From Carcharhinus amblyrhynchos (lineage: Eukaryota), in the NCBI GenBank assembly GCA_965287045.1, contig OZ336890.1, forward strand, positions 40,672,001 through 40,736,000: 64,000 nt of DNA, in the 5' to 3' direction. The notes beneath the pieces were generated by a model. It saw only the letters and a program-made list of their open reading frames with translations. It had not been told where the DNA came from and made no database searches. Below are positions 11,555-24,924 of this stretch, in pieces (the first letter of the stretch is position 1; every line of letters begins with the position of its first letter). The translations under genes and the position numbers were made by a program.

Positions 11555-13369
11555 AATGAAGAAAGTTTTGAATCTTAGGTCAGGATGAAATATAACTTTA
11601 TAAGATAACAAGTGCAACTTAGATGTTTGAAAGCACAAGTGTTAGCATTTAAACTACAGAGAATTGTTTGCATAAAGTAATTGTGAAATATGTACAGGTA
11701 ACTGGAAAGCTGTCAGCTCGGGAATACTTATTTTTATCATTCAAGAAAAAGTTTACTCAATCAGTTCCCACAATCGAATTTTGATCACTTGAGTTCATGA
11801 TCAGATCAAGAAAGTTAATGGAAATAAATAAGTGCATTCCTTAATGTTGTAATGCCAGATGTTACAGAGAGACAACCTAGATACTTCTTCTCGATACAGT
11901 GAAGCGTGCAGCTACTTGATTCATAACTGCACTCTCAAAATTGCACTGTTCTAAAAAAAAATTCTGGTTGCTTCATCATCCAGAAATATAAATCTTAAAA
12001 CTGTTTTCTTTTAGCAAAAAATTTCCAGCTCCACAAATCCCTGAAATAGAATTAATAAATTGTTCGCAGTCTTCCGATATAAACAGGTTGTTATCAGTAA
12101 ATCAGCAATGCAGTTAATCATGTAAGTTTGTTAATATGCAGTGTTTTTGGTAATCAGTGCCAACCCACTGCAACTAATCTGGTTTCAATATTGCGTTTAA
12201 AAAAAAACAGTCATTATTATTAAAGTTAAAAGTGTTTGAGGTTCAGCCAATTGTCTACGTGGGCCTTTGTAGAGTCAGAGTTGGACTAGAGTAGAATAGT
12301 CTTCATTCCCTTCGAATTCTTATTCAAGCTGCTCAGATGCATATCACTAATAAAGATCATCCTCCCCCACCACCAACATCCCCGTCGCATTTTCCTCCAG
12401 ACATCTGAAAACAGTTATTTGATCATTAATTTAGAATGCATTGGAAAGAAAATAAGAGATGCAGAATCGTACGGATGTTTTCATCACCTTGAAGCGGGGG
12501 AGGTTGGCGGGGGGGTGAGGTAGAGGGGTGCAGATGAAGGAGGGGGGTGTTGCAGATGATGGTGGTATGCAGTGTTATGATGGTGCCCTTAAGAACTCAA
12601 CCTATTTTAACCATGTTTGAGTGTCTATAACCAAATGTCAAAAATTGTTTCCCTCTGCCAACTTTGATTTCTATCGATATTATGAATGTTCGTTAGTCAT
12701 GGACCATGAGTAACTTCTTTCTTTCATTAATTATTGGCTGTTTTTAAAAGCAGGAATTCTCAGAAGTTAGCTTCTAAAACCCTGTTGAAAAGTGACATTC
12801 CGTAACCTGTAAATTCCACATAAGAAAATTAAGGCATGTTTGATTTCAGTGTCAAAAGACCCAAGATCCATGGAATTTGAACACCATGACAAGTCTCTAC
12901 CATCGCGTACAGATATGTATCTGAGTGCGCAGCAGTGACAGGCACTGGTGTGGGTCAGGTATCTATCAGGGAGCTGCCCGCTTTCCACCTTTAAAACATC
13001 CCCCTCTGAGCAGAATGATGGCAGCCACATTAGGCCAGAATTCTACTTCAAATTCCTCTTGCTGGCATCAGATCTAAACTGGATTTACAGCTGCCTCTTC
13101 CGAGGTCCCTTAAATATACCCCCACCCTACTTTAATTGTATCTACCCTTCCAGTTATTCACTTTAATCAGGCTTTCATTGACAGCCCGAGCAACCTGTTT
13201 TATAACATCAGCTGTAAATGTCACAAATTATAATCTCCAATGCTGGCAGTGGCCTGCTTCCAGGTGCCGTTCTATTGCCAGTAAAATTTCAGGCACCCGG
13301 ATGTCTTGGCCTCTTGAGAGCTATTACTTTCTAGACATTAACTGCACAATTTATCTTGCTCAATTGGCC

Positions 13370-14230
13370 CAGAAGGCTGATGAATGGCAGATGGAGTTTA
13401 ATGTAGGTAAATGTGAGGTGATGCATTTTGGTAGATCGAACCAGGGCAGGACTTATTCAGTTAATGGTAGGACAGTAGCGGGAGTTATAGGACAAAGAGA
13501 TCTAGGGGTACACATTCATAACTCCTTGAAAGTGGAGTCACAGGTAGACAGGGTGGTGAAGAAGGCATTCGGCATGTTTGGTTTCATTGGTCAGAACATT
13601 GAATACAGGAGTTGGGACATCTTGTTGAAGCTGTACAAGACATTAGTAAGGAAACACTTGGAATACTGTGTACAAATCTGATCACACTTTCAAAAGGATA
13701 TTATTAAACTAGAAAGAGCACAAGAAGATTTACTAGGATGCTGCGGGGACTTGATGGTTTGAGTTAAAAAGGCTTGGACTTTTTCCCTGGAGCATAGGAG
13801 GCTTATGGGATCTGTGCTCCAGTGAATAGAGCTTAGGATCCCGAAGCCTCCAATGCCCAAGGGTGATCTATCAGAGATCTGTAAAGTAATGAGGGGCACA
13901 GATAAGGTGGATTAGATAGTCAACACTTTTTCCCATCAACAGGGATGTCTGAAACCAGAAGGCATAGATTTAAGCTGAGAGGGGAGAGATACAAAAAAGT
14001 CCACAGGGGCAATTTTTTCACATAGAAGGTGGTGACTGTCTGAAATGAGCTGCCAGAGGTGGTAGTAGAGGCAGGTACAATTTTGTATTTTAAAAAACAT
14101 TTAGACAGTTACATTGGATAGGATGGATAAAGAACCAAACGCGGGCAATTGGGACTAGCTTAATGGTAAAAACAGCGTGGACAAGTTGGGACAAAGGGCC
14201 AGTTTCCATGCTGTAAACCTCCATGACTGT
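13370..14230 (+). mobile_element. CR1 LINE 5'-truncated, decayed RT C-terminus and 3' UTR
   Basis: ADEWQMEFNVGKCEVMHFG...QRDLGV...LYKTLVRKHLEYCVQ in ORF 13136..13681, followed by a CR1 3' end. Confidence 0.9.
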
Positions 14231-15167
14231 GTAATTTGGGAAATCAAACCCATTGCAGCAACTCACCATCTAAAGTTAGCTACAAGATACCGTTTCACAA
14301 GTAATTTTTACCTAACTTCACCAAATTTCCAATTAAGGCTTCATAGCTGATAAAACTTCCATTGATTGCAGAAGGTTGAATGTATTTTGGTCAGACCTTG
14401 TTTATTTAAGTATGCATTTTGCATTCAATCAAAATAAAGCTTTGAGCCCAATTAATTCACTATAATGGATTTTGAATTTACAGTGGGATTTGCACGTCTC
14501 TGTGTATTTCTTTCCCTTATCACATCATGACTGTTTTTTGAACAATTTCCAAAGCCACCTCTAACCAGACGTACCTCTGAGTAAAGTTTTACTGATATAT
14601 TTTGAATTGACAATGATATTTGCATGCCTGTATACACTTATCATCTCATCATATTTGGACCACTCTTGAATGAATTCCAGCAGAGCCTCTGTCGATGCTG
14701 TTTCACGGAGGCTTCTTGTAAATGTTGCTCAATTCTGACTTCCAGTGAAGTTGATGGACTTGTGCATGAGATGTGCCCTCAGATTGTTGCTGAACTTTTG
14801 CTTTATCCATATTACTGCTTCACGAAGTATTTTGTTAAAAATAAATTGAATAGAAAGCACCAAGCTTTGTTGTGCTGTGAAGCTATGCCCCAAAGCAGTA
14901 TTAGGATGAAAGTATTTTCTATTACCGTATATTGGGCCAAAATCTATAGCAAAAGGCACTGTTTCAACTATGTTATTTTGTGGTGCAAGTAAATAATTCA
15001 CGCTTCAATCTAAAATAAATTTCCAATGCGCTTTCCTTGCTTGTTTGTCAGAACTTTGGAACAACTAAGAGTAAAAGTGACCCAGCAATTTTGCAAGGCT
15101 ATTTATTCCCAAAGGCTCAGTTTTGTTTTCACTCCAGTGAAGTATGTTTTGGGCTGATTTGATTTTA

Positions 15168-15590
15168 GGTGCCACTTTGGCTCAACAGTCACAACTCGGC
15201 CTCTGAATCAGAAGTTATACCAACAAGCCTCACTCCAGGAAGTTTTGCATTGAATCTAGACTGACCCTTGAGTGCAAAACCCAGGGCGTTATCAGATGTG
15301 TCAAATCTCAACTGGGATGTCAAACCCAGATTCTGTCTGTCCAGACGTAAAAATATCCCATGTCCCTATCTAAAGAAAAACAAGAGGGTTTTTCTAGTGT
15401 CCTGGCAAACACCAAAAGATAGGTTAAAGGGTAATTACCTCCAATTGAGACTTGATTGTCTGCATGTTGGTGGCCATATTTGCCTATATAGCAACAATTC
15501 CTACATTTCAAATGCAATTAATTGGCTGTAAAGTACTTAGGAATGTTCTTTGGATGTGAAAAGCACCACATCGACACAGTTCTTTTCTTT
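15168..15590 (+). mobile_element. Ancient DeuSINE-like element (SacSINE1/AmnSINE1 type)
   Basis: Degenerate tRNA head, central Deu-like block and tail taattggctgtaaagtacttaggaatg...gtgaaaagcac; related pieces at 29072-29270, 36840-37812, 48232-51822 and 53285-53400. Confidence 0.6.
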
Positions 15591-16380
15591 ATAGTCCTTT
15601 TAAATAAAGGCCCAGGACTTCTGATCTCCTGATGGTTGTACCCTGGAGCTATTCCCCATCTCCAAGTGGAACCTGTCGATGCCCTGACACACTGACTACA
15701 CAATAATTGTGCAATAACTTTGGACTTTGGGTGAGCAGTTCTCACTGGAAGCCTCCAAACTCTGAGTTGAAGTCAGAGACTTCAGACAGTTCTGAGTCAC
15801 TGAACAGAAGAGCTACCCAGGAAAAGTTAGAACAGTTAATTCTAACTGCTGGATAACTGAAGTACTGACCCCCTTCCTTCCCTTGGACACCTGACTACCC
15901 TCCCAACCACCCAGTTATCGTCTCTCGATTTGACTGGTGATGACTCCCAGATGGACCCCCTGACCCGTCCAACCTCCTCACTACATCTCACCCACCCTGA
16001 CCTACCTCCCCAGCCACCTGGCTCTTCCAGACCACCTGACTAGACCGCCCCACCCCAACCTCACGATTAATTCCCCCCAAAAAACCTCCAACCCGACCAT
16101 GTCCTCTGACCACCAGCTTCACCCCCCTCTTCCCCACCCGGGTCCTAAAGCCCCCAGCCCACCCTAGTTTCTCCCCCTCTTGCCTGCCACCCCATTATCT
16201 ATGGCTAGTGCCATGAAAAAGGGGACATGGTCTGGCTTATCCTGATGACCCTATGAAGAAGGGCTCCCTGAAGAGGTGCATTCCATATTTCTGGATAGGT
16301 CCGGGTTAAAGTCTGGGTCAGAATGCAAAAAAAAGAGTGAAGTGATAATCCGATGGTGATTGCCACTTCTCAGAAGTCAG

Positions 16381-16667
16381 TGTGGTAGTGTGGCCCCTTT
16401 AAGGGAGCAATCCCCAAGGGCTACATGATCAAGTTGGACACTATAGAGCGTGGAGGCAGGAAGCCAAGCCAATTGGGTTCATAGTGGCGTACCTGGTTCG
16501 GAGAGGATTCTCAGTGGGAGCCAGGATAGAGTGGAGAGTATTCGCAATGTTAGTTCTGTTGGATCCTTGTTTGTAAATATTTATCGTCGGCAATAAACCC
16601 TTTTATACTCTGAGCTACATCGAGTCACCCTCGATTTGAAATGCTCGGCCCAATATTTTCCTCAACA
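16381..16667 (+). mobile_element. Solo LTR (Gypsy-like)
   Basis: TG...CA termini (tgtggtag...ctcaaca), internal AATAAA, 5-bp TSD gtcag/gtctg with one mismatch. Confidence 0.7.
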
Positions 16668-16789
16668 GTCTGTTACGGCTCTGTTTGACAGACCCAGAGC
16701 CGAATAGAATTAACTTGATGATAGCTGAAGTCTGAGTTACTCTTCTCCCATTCTGCCTTGGTCCACTAAAGATTTGCAGCGCAACTTAG

Positions 16790-17074
16790 TTTAGTTTATA
16801 TTTTTTATTAGTATCATAAGTAGGCTTACATTAACACTGCATGATGTTACTGTGAAAATCTCCTGGTCACCACACTCCACCTGTTTGGATACACTGAGGG
16901 AGAATTTAGCATGGCCAATGCAACTAACCAGCATGCCTTTTAGACTGAGAGAGGAAACCCACGCAAATAGCGGTAGAACATGCAGACCCTGTACAGACAG
17001 TGACCCAAGCTGGGAATCGAACCCGGGTCCCTGGTGCTGCAAGGTGGCAGTGCTAACCACTGTGCTACCATGCC
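16790..17074 (-). mobile_element. V-SINE variant with alternative (non-CR1) tail
   Basis: HE1-like head but tail ggagattttcacagtaac...gcagtgttaatgtaagcctacttatgatactaataaa; same type at 23245, 31881, 38203, 55025 and 60072. Confidence 0.85.
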
Positions 17075-17221
17075 AATCTTGAAATAGGAACACAGAAGCT
17101 TAAGTTTAGGGTAAGTACATTGAAACACGTTTGCTTCAGCACACAATTATTGTGGTTTTGGTAATATGATTCAAATGCTGTCATTTTTTTGAACTCTTAT
17201 CACAATTTGTTTCATCCATTA

Positions 17222-18407
17222 TGGTGATTCTCCCAGATGCTGTGCTGTTTCTGAGGCGCAGCGGGCCCAGAAACGCAAGCGGAGGTTGTCTTGCAGGCTC
17301 CCCGCTGCCCGCTATGGCCTCGCGCTCTGGCAGCAGGATCTCTGGTACCATCAGCTTGTTGCAGAGATGGATAATTTATTTAAAGAAACATTTGAATCTG
17401 TTTTTAATCTCATCAGTGGACCCAGGACTGAAATCTCTGGGCATACTAGTCTTTCTCCGCCCCTCTCCACGTCCATCCTCACCTCCACACCCAGCAGGAG
17501 TGGTTCATTCCAGCGGAGTTCAGTACAGTTCCCCACTTGCGGTGAGCTGGTGGCCTGACCTCACTGGAGTGAATGGGAGGGGGCAATCAAGTAGGATCGG
17601 GCAGAAGTCCCCTGGGCATTGACACCTTGGCAGTTCCAGCCTGAGTCCCTTAACGCACTGCCCAAGGGGAAAAGTGCCAAAGACCAGGGGGCACCTTGGC
17701 ACTGTCCTTCGGGCATAGGCAGTGCCAAGAGAGCAGGGCCTAATGGGGGTAGGCCCTGATGTGTGGGTGGAGGCCTCTGCAAGGGTGATCAGTGGGGGTC
17801 GGAGGTCCCACTGCCACTCTGCACTTTGTGCTGAGTGACAGAGGGAGGGAGACCAGTGAGCAGAGCTGGCCATCTGAGTAGGAGGGTAGGGGAAGTGGGG
17901 GTGGTCAGCCTGCTTTGGGTGGGGATACTGGGGCTGTAAGTGGGTCAGGACTGTGGGGGAGAAGGGGATCTGAGAGGGTAATCAGGAAATCGGAGCTCCA
18001 GGAGATGGGTGTGGGTGGGGGGGGAGGCTGACTGGGACACGTTTGTGGGGCAAGTGATTGGGCTATGGGGGGGGCTTGGAGAGCTGACGACGAGGGAGGT
18101 CGCGGGGCTGGCTAGCGATTGGGCTGGCCAGCGATTGGGAGGCTGGCAGTGCAAGGTCTCTGCGCATACGCAAATGTCAGCTCTGACAAATGGGCACATG
18201 TACAGTTGCCTACTCAGCGCGATGCTCCAGCCTGTCCAGCGGGAATAGGGATCACCCATTGATTTTAAACATGATTCACTCTTGAGGCACTCTGCAACGC
18301 AACGTGTGGGAGATTCATTTTGAAACTCTCAGTGAAGAAAAACCAGTATGATTTACTCCAGTTTTTACACAAATTCGACACTTAGGATTTTTTTGGGAGG
18401 GTCACCC
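17222..18407. mobile_element. Non-autonomous TIR DNA transposon (~1.2 kb, GC-rich interior)
   Basis: Imperfect TIRs tggtgattctccca / tgggagggtcaccc; no credible ORF. Confidence 0.55.
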
Positions 18408-18558
18408 CTCTGTTTCTAGATGGCACTAACTTTAGTGTTTTGAGCTTCCAGTCTCAAGGACAGGAAATGGTGATGAAGACCAGACATTAGTAAAAGGTCA
18501 TTATTAAACCTTTATAAAGTTGGCCTATGGCACAATAGTTAGTCGATTTTAACATAAT

Positions 18559-19172
18559 TCGATTTGATTTATTATTGTCACACGTATTAACATACAGTGA
18601 AAAATATTATTTCTCACGTGCTATACAGACAGAGCATACCGTTCATAGAGAAGGGAACAAGAGAGTGCAGAATGTTGTGCTATAGTCATAGCTAGGGTGT
18701 AGAGAAAGATCAACTTAATGCAAGGTAGGTCCTTTCAATAGTCTGAGCTGTTATTGAGTCGGTTGGTACGTGACCTCAGACTTTTGTATCTTTTTCCCGA
18801 CAGAAGAAGGTGGAAGACAGAATGTCAGGAGTGCGTGGCTGCTTTGCCAAGGCGGTGGGAAGTGTAGATAGAGTCAATGGATGGGAGGCTGGTTTGCGTG
18901 ACGGATTGGGCTACATTCACGACCTTTTGCAGTTCCTTGAAGTCTTAGGCAGAGAGAAGCCATACCAAGCTGTGACACAAACAGAAAGAATGCTTTCTAT
19001 GGTGACTCTGTAAAAGCTGACAAATTTCCTTAGTCTTCTGAGAAAGTAGAGGCATTGGTGGGCTTTCTTAACTTTCTTGTTGGCATGGGGGGATCAGGAT
19101 AGTTTGTTGGTGATCTAGACACTTAAAAACGTGAAGCTCTCAACCCTTTTCACTTTGTGTCTGTTGATGTCG
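18559..19172 (-). mobile_element. Rex1/Babar 5'-truncated copy
   Basis: Colinear with 1456-2098 and with the reverse complement of 41830-42447. Confidence 0.85.
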
Positions 19173-20184
19173 ACGGGGATAAGGATACCAACAGTAAGGA
19201 ACTAGTGCTTTCAATAAACACAAAAAACACTCTGATACGTGAAGGAAAGTTCATGGGACTGTGCTTCTTATTGTAAATGTTTTGAGTATTGCATATGCTA
19301 TCACACATATCCTGTAAAATGTCTTTAATCATTCACTTAGAAGTAGTGATGATCACAGATGTTGGCCATTGCAGCTGTATTGCCATTGCCCTTTGCACCT
19401 GGACTGGCTCTTGGCTAAAACAATCCTAAACTCATGCCATTGCTTTGCACTCTTCTCGCTCTCCTTTATCTTCCATGCCCCTTATCACAGTTCATGCTGC
19501 AGCAATTTGATGCACAAAGGAAATTCTCCGAACCTCACTACCCACTCTTGATCACATTTTTAAAATTGATAACTCTTTGGGCAGAATGTTTCAGCCCTCC
19601 CACCGGTGGGATTTTCTGGTCCTGCTGAAGTCAACAAAGTTCTGAAGATCTGGTCACATTATCCAGCCGTGGAAAAGTCGCCTCCTCCACTGACTGTACA
19701 AAGAGAAGAAATACACTTCCACAATTTTGAAACTGGCCAACGTTTCAAAAACCTCGATTAACCTCCTTGTATCTCCGTAAACTTTTCAACTACATCAACA
19801 TGTTGTCTTCAATCTATCCCGGTCATTTTCTTCATCTGGATTTTTCCTTTCATCCCCAACATATCCTTCTCTTTCCCGCAAGGATGGAAATGATCACAAC
19901 TCTGTCTTCAGACATCATAGACCGTCACACGTGAAGCCAAGATATTCATAACTGAAAATATGTTCCGTATAATGCTGCAAAGTATTTGTGTAAAATATAC
20001 TGCCTTCAGAAAAAACAATATTGTTTGTCTGATGTAATGATGTTACCGAGACCAATCACCCTTTTATTTACAGTGATACCTGAATGCCGTTACAGAGTAC
20101 AGCTCAGTCCTGAGTTTATTGTCTCCTGGCCTGAGTGGAGACAACTGGTTTTAAACCACCCCCCACACAGTTCTTTTGAATTAT

Positions 20185-20385
20185 AGGATCTTTACAGTGC
20201 AGAAGAGGGCATTCGACCCATCGAGTCCGCACCGACTCCCCGATAGACCCTTCTTACCCAGGCCTTAACCCTATCTCCATAACCCCACACGTTTCCCATG
20301 ACTAATCTCTCTAACCTACACATCTTGGGACACTAAGAGATGATTTAGCATGGCCAATACACCTAACCTGCACATCTTTGGACGG
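20185..20385 (-). mobile_element. HE1-type V-SINE 3' half
   Basis: tacagtgcagaagagggcattcgacccatcgagtccgcaccgac...tttagcatggccaatacacctaacctgcacatctttgg. Confidence 0.8.
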
Positions 20386-20868
20386 CTATTCCCTATCGGG
20401 CGAACCTCCCACCCACCTAATAGGGGAACTCATATTCAACGAGATCTACTGATGATTCCCCCATGGCCATCACAACATCTGATATTGTAAATTGTGTAGC
20501 ATGTTGGATCTTTCAGATGTTCTGTGATTGACTCTTTAACTGCCTTCTGAAATGGTGTCGCAAGTCTCTGAATTCAGGACAGTGAAAGCTCTTGATACCC
20601 ACATGCCAAGAATAAATGAAGAAAACATTGTCATAGTGAATTTTATTGTAGCTTTCCCTTGTTTTCTTTATTGTAATAAGGTTAGGATTAGAGTTGAATT
20701 TTGGGTAATATCTTTCTTACCTTTGGATCTGTTCATTCAGTTCGTGTACATTCTCTTTCAAGTGACTGAGGACTGAGAAACATACTGAAAAACATTTTCC
20801 ACTTTCAATATTTGAACATGGGGGTAAAAAAATGGTTGCCTCTCAGCCATCGCACATCAATATCCATA

Positions 20869-21000
20869 ACGTGGATATGCCGGCGTTGGACTGGGGTAAA
20901 CACAGTTAAAAGTCTGACAACACCAGGTTTAAGTCCAACCGATTTACCTGACGAAGAGGGTAACCTCGAAAGCTAGTGAATTTACTATCAAATAAATCAG
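20869..21000. mobile_element. Fold-back Penelope-like element with intact hammerhead core
   Basis: 12-bp repeat acatcaatatcc at 20854-20865 and 21003-21014 (likely TSD); TTTAC-CTGACGA-A-GAGG-GTAA-CCTC-GAAA-GCTA-GTGAA at 20943-20980. Confidence 0.75.
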
Positions 21001-21302
21001 TTACATCAATATCCGCCATTCTCTCTCTTTCCGCCAAGCAGTTAATCAAATTTTCTATGGCAAGAATCTCAAGAATGTATTTATCTTGCTCCTTCACATG
21101 TCCAAATCCAACATCCTCTTCCACCATCCTCATTCTTCATTGCATTGAAAATCAAGGTAATCCACCATCTCCTTGTCCAATTAGCGTCTTTCCAGGACTC
21201 AGTCAACCTATGGAACTCCTGACCTCCCTTACACATCACTTCCTCTAACATACTTTCAAACCCAAATTTTGTCCTTCCAATGCAGTAACGCTGCAAAGAG
21301 AA

Positions 21303-21662
21303 GGTGATGGCCTCGTGGTATTATCACTAGATTATTAATCCAAAACCTCAGCTAATGTTCTGAGGACCCGGGTTCGAATCCCGCCACGGCAGATGGTGGA
21401 ATATAAATTCCAGTAAAAAATATCCTGAACGAAGAATCTACTGACAACCATGAAACCATTGTTGACTGTCAGAAAAACCCACCTGGTTAACTAATGTCCT
21501 TTAGGGAAGGAAATCTACCGTCCTTACCTGTCCTGACTGACCTACATGTGGCTCCAGAGCCACAGCAATATGGTTGACTCTCAACTGCCCTCAGGCAACA
21601 AGGGATGGGCAATAAATGCTGGCCAGCCAGCAAAATCCATATCCCATGAATGAATAAAAAAA
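21303..21662 (+). mobile_element. tRNA-derived SINE, second family
   Basis: A box tggcctcgtggta, B box gggttcgaatccc, tail gggatgggcaataaatgctggccagccagc...atgaatgaataaaaaa; copies at 36950, 40468, 52140, 55362 and 56958. Confidence 0.85.
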
Positions 21663-22808
21663 CTCACATCTCTCTTTCTTCTTTCAGTTTTGGGCGATGT
21701 TCTCTTGAATGGATTTTGACTTGGATTTTTCCGTTTCAAAATTTAGTTGAATCCATCGTTGTCATATAATCATGGTTAGAATTTTTCACACCTCTGAGCC
21801 AGCAGGATTAAGTATACAGGTGTGTACGCTGTGTACTGTGACCATAATGCCTCTTGTAATATTGCTTATAACCTTCAGAACCATAAGAATGCCCTTTTGC
21901 ATTCAAAATGAAATGAATTGCCTTTGTTTAAACAAAAGCTTTGCTTTTGGAAGCCACACTGATGTGACAGCGCAGTAACTTTCTTTGTTACTGAGAGTTT
22001 GAGACAGTCGATTCTTTCACTTCACAATAAACGTTTCCTATCGTGGGTGCTGAAGTTAAGAGGCAAAACAGACACGAGTTTTGTTTTGGTTTCCACGTAC
22101 CAGCTATATTTCCTGGCAACATTTAAAATGTTGCAAATGTCAGAAACAGGAAATTAATGCAACAGAAAATGAAAGATTTTAAAATAAGAACCATGAACTA
22201 TTAGGTAAATATTGTAATGACTGGCCAGTGTTTATTAAATAATCATCTTGCAGGCACAAAGTATTTGGTGGAAACCCATGTTTATTTAAACCTCTCCAGC
22301 TTGAATGTAAACACATGCTGGCATGTGTAGTGTCTTAGTGCCACATATTCTTAACGCACTGTGCTTCGGAGTGTCTGCGAACCCTTTTAGCAAGAAAAAA
22401 ATTGCACTGGATCAACTTTTATCTGCTTTGCTTTAGAATCCATATAAAAAGTGTGTCCTCGCAGCCCCCTTTATGATCTATACTTATATATTTTTTTAAA
22501 ATTGTAGGCCAGTTTAAACTAGGCAGCATACATTATTGCAAAGGGCTCAGCTTCACAGCATGCAAACAGCATGGTGAAATTTTAAAAAGTCGACGAAATG
22601 GTTTGGTCTCGGTTTCTGTTATTTTTTGTCGTTAATGGCTTCATTTAGTCTCTTACAACATTGAAACCAGTAAGCAAGTGGAGTCCGATTTGTGGATGGG
22701 CACAGCTCTATTTAGGTACCAACAGAATGTAATAATGATCTATGTAAGAGAGCTGCATTTAGTATGGGCTTTAAGAGTTTCCCGGTAAGGACTAGTGTGC
22801 TGCATTAT

Positions 22809-22810
<2 letters not shown>

Positions 22811-22843
<33 letters not shown>
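22811..22843. repeat. (GT)n microsatellite
   Basis: Perfect run of about 16 GT units. Confidence 0.98.
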
Positions 22844-22844
<1 letters not shown>

Positions 22845-23244
22845 ACATAAAGATGAAGAATTAGACAGTTGTGCATTGCTTTAAGGAGCGACTTTTCACC
22901 TCATGAACCTGAGTTCAGATACAGGCCAAACTGCTGGGATAAAAGTCTTTTCTGTTTACTAGCTTTAAGTATCCTAACTAAATTAAGTTTGGGCATTTCC
23001 AATCTGACTCCACGGCACAAAATTACCTTTACTTAATCTGACTGTGAGTCATGCAGACAAACGTAAGTTTGATTGGGGTACAAAACCATGAAAAATCAAA
23101 TTGGCACAGTCAGGGTACTCTTTAAGAAATTGGAACTGGGACACATACCTTGAGCATATTTTAAACTGAATGTAATTATGCTATATAACTGACATAGAAG
23201 AATCTGTTGTTTATTTTTTATTTCACATGTCTGATTTAAGTTTT

Positions 23245-23541
23245 AAATTTATTTATTAGTGTCACAAGTAGGTTTACATTAACTCTGCAATGAAGTTACT
23301 GTGAAAATCCCTTGGTCGCCACACACTCTGGTGCCTGTTCTGGTATACTGAGGGAGAATTTAGCATAGCCAATGCACCTAACTTGCATCTCTTTTGGACT
23401 GTGGGAGGAAACCGGAGCACTCGGAGGAAACTCACGCAGACGAGGGGAACATGTGCAGGCTTCGCGCAGACAGTACCCATGTCGGGAATCAAATCCGGTT
23501 TCCTGGCGCTTCGAGACAGCAGTGCTAACCAACTGTGCCAG
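23245..23541 (-). mobile_element. V-SINE, alternative tail
   Basis: Full-length match to the 16790/60072 type. Confidence 0.85.
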
Positions 23542-24649
23542 CGTGTGTCTGTTTCTAAATTCTATTAGTTGGGCGTTTATTTGGAACCCACAACACTTGT
23601 TTCCACATAAAACTGACAGCAGTAGCATTGCAATTTGAGGATTTGTTTTGTGTCACTGAGGTTATACACCTTAAAGTTTCCATTGTCTGGCATGGCAATC
23701 TATCTGGCTTTGTTTTGAGAACTTCGTCCCTTCAGCACATCTGTCTGTTTCAACTCCAGCACATCTGTCTTCCTTTTATGATCCAATCATGTAGGCAACA
23801 CATTTCACACAATTGTCTTCACTCACTGACTATGAGAGGCAGAAGAGATGAAAAAAGACAAACAACATCTGGAAAAAAAGGGTGAATAATTCCTTGCTTG
23901 ATAGTCTTCTTAATTGTTCGGTTCACTCACTTATTGTCACTAGCTGCCACCTTCTTCATTATCACTGTGCAGTGGTATAGTGTATAATCATCCAAAACTG
24001 ACTGACGGTCGAAGACCTGTTGCCAGTTAAAGGCATCCCACACGTCATGATGGCTGGAGCATCATGGCTAAACACTTAATTTCTCCCCACCACCACCCCA
24101 CCGCCAGCAATCCCACAGCTATACGATCTGCAGAAAGGGCTCGGAACAAAAACAGAGATGTTAGAAAGAGGGTCGATTAGGACAGACCACAATTTTTTCC
24201 ATTGGCTGGATTTTTTTACTGTTCTGATCTGTTCAGATAAAATGTTATTTTATTCTGAGGTACATCGCCAACGAAAATATGAACAAAACTCCTCAAAAAT
24301 GTGACTGCCAGATTATGCCAAATGTATAATCCTCACTTCTTCTCAGACAAGTGTCTCCTTCGAGCCTGATTTCAGCTCGTGATGATTTTTCCCAGCCGGT
24401 CTCGAGCCTCCCCAGAGACAGACCATGTGGAGCTAGACCCGAGCACTTGTTTCTCTGGAGCAAGTCTCCGTCTCTGGCCTTCCCCAAAGGCAATAACCTG
24501 TCATAAATCAAAATGCTTCATACCATTTAAGTTAGTCTCCTGTTACTCGCTCACTTGCTCTGAGTTGTGCAGGAGCTGCTAATGAGTGAACTCAATGGCT
24601 CCCATTCCAATTTGCAAACTTTGTGACTTCCCATGTCTGTTCCCACTTG

Positions 24650-24924
24650 ATGTGGAGATGCCGGCGTTGGACTGGCGTAAACAGAGTAAGAAGTCTCACA
24701 ACACCAGGTTGAAGTCCAACGGGTTTATTTGGTAGCAAACACCACTAGCTTTCGGGGCTCTGCCCCTTCGTCAAATGAGTGGGGAGTTCTGATCACAATG
24801 ATGCCCTGTTTGTGATCAGAACTCCCCATTCGCCTGACAAAAGGGCAGAGTCCTGAAAGCTAGTGGCGTTTACTGCCAAATAAACCTTTTGGACTTTAAC
24901 CTGGTGTTGTGAGTCTTCTTACTG
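24650..24924. mobile_element. Fold-back Penelope-like element, near-perfect ~120-bp hairpin arms
   Basis: 12-bp TSD tgttcccacttg at 24638-24649 and 24925-24936; arms centred on gttctgatcacaa / ttgtgatcagaac; degenerate hammerhead cores on both strands. Confidence 0.8.

Noticed and set aside
11007-11638. His/Thr- and Cys/Val-rich ORFs up to 171 aa
   Set aside because: Stop-free translations of a CA/TG microsatellite in multiple frames.
21303-21390. tRNA gene-like A and B boxes (also at other SINE heads)
   Set aside because: They are heads of multicopy SINEs; no complete cloverleaf is evident.
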